Assembly (NCBI GenBank): GCA_013166835.1
Contig: JABLTI010000039.1
Span: forward strand, 1 to 23,162
Direction: 5' to 3'
Length of the DNA: 23,162 bases
Source of the DNA: Promethearchaeati archaeon
GTDB taxonomy: Archaea; Asgardarchaeota; Heimdallarchaeia; JABLTI01
The notes below the pieces were generated by a model. That model worked only from the letters and a program-made list of their open reading frames with translations, did no database searches and had not been told where the DNA came from. Positions 15,659 through 23,162 of the stretch are shown in pieces; the first letter of the stretch is position 1, and each line of letters begins with the position of its first letter. Position numbers and translations under genes: made by a program.

Positions 15659-16526
15659 AGTGGCTTTATTATTCGGGTATAGACCATTTGATTTCTCTGA
15701 TTTATTTGGTCTTATAATGGATGGAAAAGTAGATCTCGCAAATCTGAATTATATCGATGTGATGAAAAATTCCGTTGAAGCGGGATTTAAACATATAGAA
15801 ATCACTGGAGATCTACTATATGTTCTTCCAGGAATTCTCACCCCAGAAAAGATTGAGGAATTGGTGGAATTCAAGGAGAAAGAAGGCATTACTTTTTCTA
15901 TTCATTTACCTTTGTGGGCGATGGAACCGGCAGCATTTTCAGAGCAGATTAGAGATGGTTCAATAGCAGCTTTCGCTGAGTGCATTGAATTAACTAAACC
16001 TTTAGATCCAACGTGTTTGGTGTTGCATCCGACCGGAGCATTGACGGTGGAATTTCTTAACATGAAATTGCCAGAATTCACAAAAGGATTAATTCTTAAT
16101 CAATTCTGCACATATGCTGAAGATTCAATTCGTAAACTTCTTGATAAAGTAGATGTTCCCCCAGAAAAAATAGCAGTAGAGAACATTGAATTTCCATTTG
16201 AATCAATGGAACCAATAATCGAAGAACTTGGATTAAGCATCTGTCTTGATACAGGGCATCTCTTAGCAGGTTTTTCCGGAGATATCAGTGTTTTAGATTT
16301 CGTTGAGAAATATTTCGATAGGATAGCTGAACTGCATTTACATGATGGAGCTTCGCCTAGAATTGATCACAAGTCACTTGGAAAACATGATTTACCTGTA
16401 AAAGAATTGCTTTCAAAATTGCATAAGAAAAAATTCAAAGGACCATTAGTTTTTGAGCTAACATTACAAGAAGCTCTAGAATCAATGGAATACATAGAAA
16501 AACATGTACCAGAAGTATTGAAATGA
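15651..16526 (+). CDS. AP endonuclease 2 / xylose-isomerase-like TIM barrel (sugar-phosphate isomerase/epimerase or CbiR-like phosphodiesterase)
   Basis: SIHLP, VLHP, VENIE, CLDTGH, LHLHDG, DH.SLG, VFEL metal motifs. Abuts the MFS stop; true start may be GTG 15660. Confidence 0.82.
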   Translation: MVEVALLFGYRPFDFSDLFGLIMDGKVDLANLNYIDVMKNSVEAGFKHIEITGDLLYVLPGILTPEKIEELVEFKEKEGITFSIHLPLWAMEPAAFSEQIRDGSIAAFAECIELTKPLDPTCLVLHPTGALTVEFLNMKLPEFTKGLILNQFCTYAEDSIRKLLDKVDVPPEKIAVENIEFPFESMEPIIEELGLSICLDTGHLLAGFSGDISVLDFVEKYFDRIAELHLHDGASPRIDHKSLGKHDLPVKELLSKLHKKKFKGPLVFELTLQEALESMEYIEKHVPEVLK

Positions 16527-16535
16527 GGTTAGGAT

Positions 16536-19337
16536 TTGTCTAAGGAAAATAAAGATACAATTTTCATTGTACCGTCTACGCATTGGGATCGTGAGTGGTA
16601 TCTGCCATTCCAGTCTTTTCGAACAAAACTCATCCATCTAATAGATCAATTACTCGAGAGTCTCTCAAAAAAAGATTATAATTTCATGCTTGATGGGCAA
16701 ACGATAATTTTAGAAGACTACTTTGAGATTCGACCTGAAAGAAAAGAAGAATTGTTGACCAATATTAAGAAGGGCAAGATTGATGTTGGTCCTTGGTATA
16801 TACTGCCTGATGAATGGTTAGTTGGCCAAGAAAGTCTGGTACGGAATCTTGAGATAAGCCTTGATTTAGCAAATGAATTTAAAATTCCACTCATGAATAT
16901 TGGTTATTTGCCAGATCAATTTGGACATACAAGAGCTATTCCACAACTTTTAGCAGATTTAACCTCCTTTGATGCTACAATGATTTGGAGAGGTGTTGGT
17001 CCAGAAATAACTACCGTTCCTTTTATCTGGAAGAGTCATCAGAAGGCAAAAACCAGTATTTTATGTAATTACATGCCTTTTGGTTATGGTAACGCAGCTT
17101 CGTTACCAGAAACGTTAGCAGAATTAGAAGAAGTCATTAAACAAAAAGTGGATGAACTGAAACCATTCTCTCCCGTTAACACATACTTACTAATGAATGG
17201 CACAGACCACACACTACCTCAAGATCTTCTGATAGACTTGGTTCCAAAAATCACAATTGAGAACTCAAGGATCAAAATTTCATTGTTGGATGAATATCTT
17301 CAGCAATTAAAAAAGACAATGGTGAAAGAAAATTATCAATCACCAATTTACTCCGGAGAATTTCGATCCTCTGTTCGAGCTCCACTTTTACAAGATACTT
17401 ATTCTGCAAGAATGTGGATTAAACAATGGGATAACAAAATTGAGGATTTACTTATTCATTTTGTTGAACCAATTCATACATACTTACACTTACAAAAACA
17501 ACTGGATTATCCTATCTCCTATCTGAATTTAGCATGGAAATGGTTATTGAAAAACCAACCTCATGATTCGATTTGCGGTTGCTCCGTTGATCAGACACAT
17601 GAAGAAATGAAGGCCAGATATTATTGGGCAGAGGATATAGCTAATAATCAAATAAGTGAAGCAATTGAACACATCCATAAAAATAGAAAAGATAGCAAAG
17701 AATCAGCCTTACTTGCTTTTAACCCAACAAATAGCTCTGAAATTCCTAATCTTGTTGAGTTCAGCATTTCAGCAAAACACGAAATAAAAGCTATTGAAGA
17801 TCAGTTTGGTAATGAGTTTGAAATCCAACCATTGAAATCAACTGAGAGAATATTCTTTGAGGGTACAATGAAACCATTCTTGATTAGATCAGGATTGAAA
17901 ATGCTTCCTGGGAGAAAATTAATGGACATTTACATAAATGAAGCTTTCATCTCTGAAAGCTCGGATCCGAAAACTTGTAACGTCACGATTATTTGTGGAG
18001 AAGAACCTATAGGTGAATTTAATCCTCAAGAGATGATTGAGCAAGTATATGAAATGCTTGATAGTAAGAAATATCAACAGTATCACATAAAAGTAACATT
18101 TGGGTCCGAACAATCCTATCTTTCTATTTTACCAATGAAAGCTTGGAGTTTTAATATGCTTCAATTAAAAGAAAAAGTAACTAGAAAAGAAGTATATCCG
18201 CAATTTGAAACAAATAAAAACACAATAAATAATCAATTTTACAAGATTACCTTCCATAAAAATGGAACTTTGGATATTTTAGATTTAACAACAAATACAC
18301 TGTATAAACAACAACATTGTTTTGAAGACTATGGAGACAGAGGAGACGAGTATACATTTGGTAGAGTGGAACCAGCAAATCCTAAAATTTCTAAAGTCAA
18401 GAGAAAAATAGTGAATAATGGATCATTATTCTGTGATATTCAGCAAGAATTGATTTTAGAAACATATTTCGAAGTTGATGAAAAAAGAGAGAAAAGAATT
18501 GGTTCAGTTAAAATTCCTGTGAAAACAATTTTCCGGTTTTATCGAGATATCCCACGGATTGACATTACAACAACTCTAACAAATACAGCAAAAGATCATC
18601 GTTTGCGTATTTGTTTTGATTCGCCTTTTGAATCAGATCACACATTAACATCAACTCATTTTGGAGTTGTAAAGCGAGAAGGAAACCCAGCAAAATATGA
18701 AGAATTTGTTGAACAACCATCTGGCATTCAAGCTCAAAAACGATTCATACGTATTGATGATGAGAACTCGCAAGCTTCTTTCACTCTTTTCAATAAAGGA
18801 TTACCCGAAGTGGAATTAGTAAATGGATCTCGATTAGCATTAACTCTTATTAGATCAACAGGTTATCTCTCAAGGATGGATTATCCGGAAAGACCAATGC
18901 ACGCAGGACCATTTCTAGCAACTCCAGGTGCTCAGGAAATGAATGTGGAATATACTTTCAACTATGGAATCGTTTATCACAACAAAGCGAATCCACTCAC
19001 TTTTACTGCAGATCATTCGGAAGTTTTTGCCCTACCATCAAAATGCATAACCTTTGAGAAATCAGAACCAAAAATAGATCTAACTAAAGCGATATTCTCA
19101 GTTGAAAATCCACTGATTAGAGTTTCTTCCTTTAGAATCAGACAAAATAAATTACACATTCTTCTATTTAATCTTGATGAATCTGAGACTGAATCAGAGT
19201 TCAACATTTCAAAGATGTTCTCAAAATATTCGGAAATAAAGATTAATGGCGAAGTAAAGAAAACTGAGAACATTTCTAAAGAGAAGTTTAAGCTGAAATT
19301 CGATCCATTTGAATTAAAACTAATCACTTTCAGCTAG
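16536..19337 (+). CDS. Glycoside hydrolase family 38 alpha-mannosidase (MngB/mannosylglycerate hydrolase-like)
   Basis: THWDREWY, LDGQT, VGPWY, YLPDQFGH (nucleophile), NGTDH, QPHDSICGCSVD, KDHRLR, LTLIRS. Confidence 0.93.
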   Translation: MSKENKDTIFIVPSTHWDREWYLPFQSFRTKLIHLIDQLLESLSKKDYNFMLDGQTIILEDYFEIRPERKEELLTNIKKGKIDVGPWYILPDEWLVGQESLVRNLEISLDLANEFKIPLMNIGYLPDQFGHTRAIPQLLADLTSFDATMIWRGVGPEITTVPFIWKSHQKAKTSILCNYMPFGYGNAASLPETLAELEEVIKQKVDELKPFSPVNTYLLMNGTDHTLPQDLLIDLVPKITIENSRIKISLLDEYLQQLKKTMVKENYQSPIYSGEFRSSVRAPLLQDTYSARMWIKQWDNKIEDLLIHFVEPIHTYLHLQKQLDYPISYLNLAWKWLLKNQPHDSICGCSVDQTHEEMKARYYWAEDIANNQISEAIEHIHKNRKDSKESALLAFNPTNSSEIPNLVEFSISAKHEIKAIEDQFGNEFEIQPLKSTERIFFEGTMKPFLIRSGLKMLPGRKLMDIYINEAFISESSDPKTCNVTIICGEEPIGEFNPQEMIEQVYEMLDSKKYQQYHIKVTFGSEQSYLSILPMKAWSFNMLQLKEKVTRKEVYPQFETNKNTINNQFYKITFHKNGTLDILDLTTNTLYKQQHCFEDYGDRGDEYTFGRVEPANPKISKVKRKIVNNGSLFCDIQQELILETYFEVDEKREKRIGSVKIPVKTIFRFYRDIPRIDITTTLTNTAKDHRLRICFDSPFESDHTLTSTHFGVVKREGNPAKYEEFVEQPSGIQAQKRFIRIDDENSQASFTLFNKGLPEVELVNGSRLALTLIRSTGYLSRMDYPERPMHAGPFLATPGAQEMNVEYTFNYGIVYHNKANPLTFTADHSEVFALPSKCITFEKSEPKIDLTKAIFSVENPLIRVSSFRIRQNKLHILLFNLDESETESEFNISKMFSKYSEIKINGEVKKTENISKEKFKLKFDPFELKLITFS

Positions 19338-19353
19338 AATTTTCTTTTTTCTT

Positions 19354-19391
19354 TGGTCACTTTCTCTCATCTCACTCTTATAGAGTGACCA
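19354..19391. promoter_or_regulatory. Nested inverted repeats between the GH38 operon and the large GNAT gene
   Basis: Perfect TCACTCT-TAT-AGAGTGA (19372-19388); alternative pairing TGGTCACT (19354-19361) / AGTGACCA (19384-19391). Confidence 0.4.
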
Positions 19392-19568
19392 GACTATTTC
19401 TAACATAACCAAGACTAATGTAACGGTTAAAGTAGGTAAATAACCCAAGAGTTGATGTAAATTGAAGAATTTAAGAAAACAAATTAAGAATCAAATAAAG
19501 AAGGAAATTGATCTGATAAAAAATCATCGAAATACAGATCTTGATGAATAATAGAATGCAAGGAGAAG

Positions 19569-22500
19569 TTGTTATTGATAGAAAATAAAGACAAGATTGT
19601 TACATATGATCCAAACATGGCTAGTCGAGCTGCAGAAATGTTCAATTTATTTAATGAACTGTGGCCCGGGGGTTTCGGAGGAGGTGTACCATTTACCGAG
19701 CAAAGAGTTCGTGATATGCTTGATAAAACATCAGCAATAGCAGATTTAATTGCTGTTGATGAAGAAGATGAGTTAGTGGGTTACTGTGGAATATATCCAC
19801 ATTGGCGTGATAAAAATGCTGCATACATTTCCATCTTAGGAGTTACGCCAAAAGCAAAAGGAAAGAAATTTGGTAAAAGATTACTTTTGAAATCATTAGA
19901 AGTTGCTAAAGAACATGGTATTCATCGTGTTGATTTACACACTTGGTCTGGGAATCTAGATGCTGTGCCACTTTACAAGAAAGTAGGTCTTTTCTGGGTG
20001 CCAGAAACATCAGTATACATGCAGGATTTCATTCCCGGTTTACTTCAAACACCAATTGCTAAAGATTACTTTGAAAAACATCCAGATTGGTATGGGAATT
20101 TCAGTAGAGAGCTTTTACAAACACAGGATAAGCAAATTGTTGATGGAATGGAGTTATATTCTTATAAATTTGAATCTGAAAAAGATTCTTTTGTTGCTGA
20201 AGTCGATCGTTTTGGATGGTATTTCTGTGGTTTTGAAAGAGTTCTTGCTGGTAAAAAAATTACAGTAAAAACCAGATTAGCATCTCAAGAAATTTTCATT
20301 GGAATCCCTAATTCCATGACTCTAATAATTCAAAATGAGGAACACGATGAAATTGAAGCTAAAATTGAAGTTGATGAATTCAAAGGTTTGAATTGGAAAG
20401 AGAAATTCCCGGATTCCGTTTTAGTTAAGAATGGTGAAATAATAAAAATTACTCGAGAGTTTACTATTGGTAAAGAAACGAAACTTTACAGAGACAATGA
20501 TAGGTCTTGCGAATCCATTAAGACTAGAGTTCGTATGGGTTCTCTCAATATTGATTTAGGAACAAGTGGAAAACTACAATCACCAATACAACTACGAGGA
20601 ATAACTGAAAATTACTTTAGTACTGCACCAATTGGCAATAAAATTACAATCCCTGTTGATCTTCTCAATAATACTAAACAGAAGATAACCGGTAAGGTAA
20701 TTGTTGAAATTGAGGATTTAGTAGATTCTTCTATAACGATTCCTCTTGAGTTAAAATCAGAAGAGATTAATGGTATTGAAGTTCCTATCACTATTCCTGA
20801 GAAGAGAAAGAAGAACAAATTCATTCTACAAGCAACACCAAGATTACAATTCAATGGGCAAGAAATTGAGTTACCAACATTCGAAATGCCAGTATTTACA
20901 AGAACAAAAGATCTCATCGAATTAGCTGAAATTAAAGATCGAGATAGATTGTATGTTATAACAGATAAATTATCAGTTCGTGTATTACTTGAAGGTGGGA
21001 ATTTACGAATCTATCAGCAAGAAAATAATGGCTTAAACCCATTAAATCACCAGACAGGTCCACCTTACGGTATATCGCTCGATAATACTCTGAAATACGA
21101 TTATGAATTTGTTAACGAAGGAAGTTACAAAGTACTAATTCTAAGTGCTGAGAGTTTACAAGTTCCAGGATTATTAGTCAAAAAATACCTGAAATTCATT
21201 CCAGGAGCAAATGAATTTGAATATTGGGTAACATACACAAATATTCACAAAAAAACAAAACATGCTTCTGCGAGAACAAACTCTGGTTTTGGTGGAATTA
21301 GCCTAAATCCATATTCAGCAAAGGGTTATGCATACACGCCAATAGGTGGTAAGATAATCGAAAGCGATTCGTTAACTAATTTTCTCACAGATCCTTTACT
21401 ACCAACTAGTCCAGAATTCTGGACTGAGACTTGGACTGCAGTCAAGGGGCTAATGAGTGGTGATTATTCAGCTTGGATGTGGAAGCATGACAATATAGAA
21501 AAAATCAAACTCAGACAAGGATCTCTATCTCAACTAGAAAGTAAAACTGCTGAAATTGAACCAAATGAAACGTATAAACCAGTTCACCTCTGGTTTAGTT
21601 TTGGATATTCAACAATACAAGATGTTAGACATAGATGGAATCAATTAATTGGAAACAAAGAGTTTGAACATGAAGAACAATTTATTGGACCTAGAATCAC
21701 AAAGGCTCTCAATGCAAAATTAGCGGATTCCAAAGTGCTTATAGCTGGTGAGACAGTAAAGAAAAACATCGAATTAATGTTTGTCTCAGCATATCCATTA
21801 CAAGGAACATTAAGTCTTGTGTTACCTAAAGATTGGGAAGGAGGATTTCTAGTTAATAATGAAGAACATGAAACCATCCCAATGCCAAAATTAGTACCTT
21901 TTACTACTACACCTTTAGAAATTACTCTGAAAATACCTGAGAAAACTAACTCACTAATTGAAAATGTTAAATTACATTTCAGTGGAGAATTTGAATTAGA
22001 CTTCGATAACTATGTTATTGTAACATCAAAAGGTCAAGTAAAGATTGAAGAAAAAGATTTCGAGGGTAAGAAAATCTATGATGTTTCAAATGGTGCCCTA
22101 TCCTTTAAAGTAGTTGCAGAAATCGGTGGTAATTTAATCCGACTTAAAGACTCCAAAGGCCGTAGTTTCCTTTTAGACAGCTTTCCAGAAATACAGCCTA
22201 AGTTCTTCCTAGAACATTATTTAGGAGGTTCACAACCTCAGCTATTCCATCTCGTAGCAGATGAACCCTTCTCTGAAATGGAGGAAACAAAAAGTCAAAT
22301 GGTGGAAGAAAACGAGTGGAAAGGGGTAAATACTACATGGACAATTAAAAAGGAAAAACATTTTCTCTACGGTCAGAAAGTAGAATTGAAATACCTCACA
22401 CTACCAAACAGTGAAATCATTCGAGTTGTGTTAACTCTCGATAATAAAACCTCAAGGACTATTCCTTGGATTGGGTCATTATTATCTGATGTTGGGTTAC

Positions 22501-22829
22501 AAGGATCAAAGGAAGGGAATGTCATAGAAGCTGTTGGTGCTGGTGGTCTATGGATACGTAACTCAATTAAGAAACAATTCATAAGTCAAGGATCCTTTGA
22601 GAAACCATATAGCAGAATAACTAAGGGAAATCAATCCATAGCATTCGTTTTACCAAAAGGTGGCAATGGTAGTTCAGTAATAGCTGACCTTGGAGTTATG
22701 CTACTTGATTGGTTACTTGGAATAGGACATGCAAAACCAAAGTCTAAGTCAACGATAGAATTCGCAATTTTGATCAATCAACCTCGAGAGAAAATGATTG
22801 AATTATGTGAAGCATTGGAAAAAGACTAA
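19569..22829 (+). CDS. Large protein with N-terminal GNAT domain and ~900-aa uncharacterised beta-rich remainder
   Basis: AYISILGV.P.AKGKKFGK, DLHTWSGNLDAVPLYKKVG; AGGAG SD; no TM helix or signal peptide seen. Confidence 0.85.
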   Translation: MLLIENKDKIVTYDPNMASRAAEMFNLFNELWPGGFGGGVPFTEQRVRDMLDKTSAIADLIAVDEEDELVGYCGIYPHWRDKNAAYISILGVTPKAKGKKFGKRLLLKSLEVAKEHGIHRVDLHTWSGNLDAVPLYKKVGLFWVPETSVYMQDFIPGLLQTPIAKDYFEKHPDWYGNFSRELLQTQDKQIVDGMELYSYKFESEKDSFVAEVDRFGWYFCGFERVLAGKKITVKTRLASQEIFIGIPNSMTLIIQNEEHDEIEAKIEVDEFKGLNWKEKFPDSVLVKNGEIIKITREFTIGKETKLYRDNDRSCESIKTRVRMGSLNIDLGTSGKLQSPIQLRGITENYFSTAPIGNKITIPVDLLNNTKQKITGKVIVEIEDLVDSSITIPLELKSEEINGIEVPITIPEKRKKNKFILQATPRLQFNGQEIELPTFEMPVFTRTKDLIELAEIKDRDRLYVITDKLSVRVLLEGGNLRIYQQENNGLNPLNHQTGPPYGISLDNTLKYDYEFVNEGSYKVLILSAESLQVPGLLVKKYLKFIPGANEFEYWVTYTNIHKKTKHASARTNSGFGGISLNPYSAKGYAYTPIGGKIIESDSLTNFLTDPLLPTSPEFWTETWTAVKGLMSGDYSAWMWKHDNIEKIKLRQGSLSQLESKTAEIEPNETYKPVHLWFSFGYSTIQDVRHRWNQLIGNKEFEHEEQFIGPRITKALNAKLADSKVLIAGETVKKNIELMFVSAYPLQGTLSLVLPKDWEGGFLVNNEEHETIPMPKLVPFTTTPLEITLKIPEKTNSLIENVKLHFSGEFELDFDNYVIVTSKGQVKIEEKDFEGKKIYDVSNGALSFKVVAEIGGNLIRLKDSKGRSFLLDSFPEIQPKFFLEHYLGGSQPQLFHLVADEPFSEMEETKSQMVEENEWKGVNTTWTIKKEKHFLYGQKVELKYLTLPNSEIIRVVLTLDNKTSRTIPWIGSLLSDVGLQGSKEGNVIEAVGAGGLWIRNSIKKQFISQGSFEKPYSRITKGNQSIAFVLPKGGNGSSVIADLGVMLLDWLLGIGHAKPKSKSTIEFAILINQPREKMIELCEALEKD

Positions 22830-22834
22830 ATTAT

Positions 22835-22870
22835 GAGAAGATACGAAATCTTCTCTCTAAATTTTTTTTT
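22835..22870 (+). terminator. Hairpin plus T9 tract
   Basis: GAGAAGAT-ACGAA-ATCTTCTC (22835-22855) followed by T9 (22862-22870). Confidence 0.65.
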
Positions 22871-23040
22871 AGAACTTCTTTTTTTATCAGAATTTTCCGA
22901 AATGTAAATTCTTATATTACGAGTTCAACCAAAATGAGCATAGACTACTTTAAAGTTAGTAAAAATTCCTTAAAATGAACGATTTTTCAGGAAAAAGGGC
23001 TGATAAAAACGTCATTGTGTTGAAAAGGATGGAAAATTAT

Positions 23041-23162
23041 ATGGCCAATTATACCTCCACACTCTTTAAAAAATCAAAGAAATTAAACAAAATATTAGTA
23101 TTAATCAGTATTTTAGTATTAACAGTTATTTTATCACTAAATAATTTTAATCCAACAAATGT
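23041..23162 (+). CDS. 5' end of a probable secreted or membrane protein running off the right edge
   Basis: MANYTSTLFKKSKKLNKILVLISILVLTVILSLNNFNPTN: basic plus hydrophobic signal-like start; alternative in-frame ATG at 23029. Confidence 0.65.
   Translation, partial: MANYTSTLFKKSKKLNKILVLISILVLTVILSLNNFNPTN

Noticed and set aside
16560-16605. GH38 motif reads PSTHWD instead of (P/S)HTHWD, suggesting inactivation
   Set aside because: The Zn ligands are the second His and the Asp, both present, as are the nucleophile Asp and the HD motif.
3425-22582. Other short ORFs in the track nested in or antisense to long genes (e.g. 3425, 4614, 7178, 10929, 15004, 19013, 20612)
   Set aside because: Overlapped by well-supported genes; no motifs or start signals.
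23095-23130. Imperfect 18-bp tandem repeat TTAGTATTAATCAGTATT / TTAGTATTAACAGTTATT
   Set aside because: Encodes the hydrophobic core (LVLISI-LVLTVI) of a signal peptide; not a CRISPR or iteron.
1-23162. CRISPR array, origin (ORB) boxes, dif site, prophage or integrase
   Set aside because: No regularly spaced repeats, ORB G-string motifs, 11-6-11 dif palindrome or mobile-element genes found by eye.

Overview
AT-rich archaeal-looking chromosomal window with about 20 protein genes. Fae-Hps, GGTGA-type SD sites, TATA boxes, frequent TTG starts and the gene content are compatible with an Asgard/Heimdallarchaeia-like lineage, but that is inference only. Recognisable genes: two tandem long bactofilin-like beta-helix paralogs, GDPD, fae-hps, a DUF202 protein, PolX-PHP, an orphan HerA-like ATPase, two GNAT proteins, a lysophospholipase-type hydrolase and an MFS/TIM-barrel/GH38 operon. 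No rRNA, tRNA, CRISPR or transposase was seen. Most notable: (1) an unannotated ~155-nt Y-shaped structured element at 6278-6432 with complementary apical loops, an upstream TATA box and operator-like palindromes, and a T-tract; (2) the bactofilin-like pair, with a 12-coil VGG-to-SAG ladder swap and a shared palindrome-array promoter; (3) two membrane proteins with Cys every fourth residue, lying between a Cys/His 4-TM protein and the HerA-like ATPase; (4) a secreted superoxide-reductase-like protein that may have an N-terminal His ligand.
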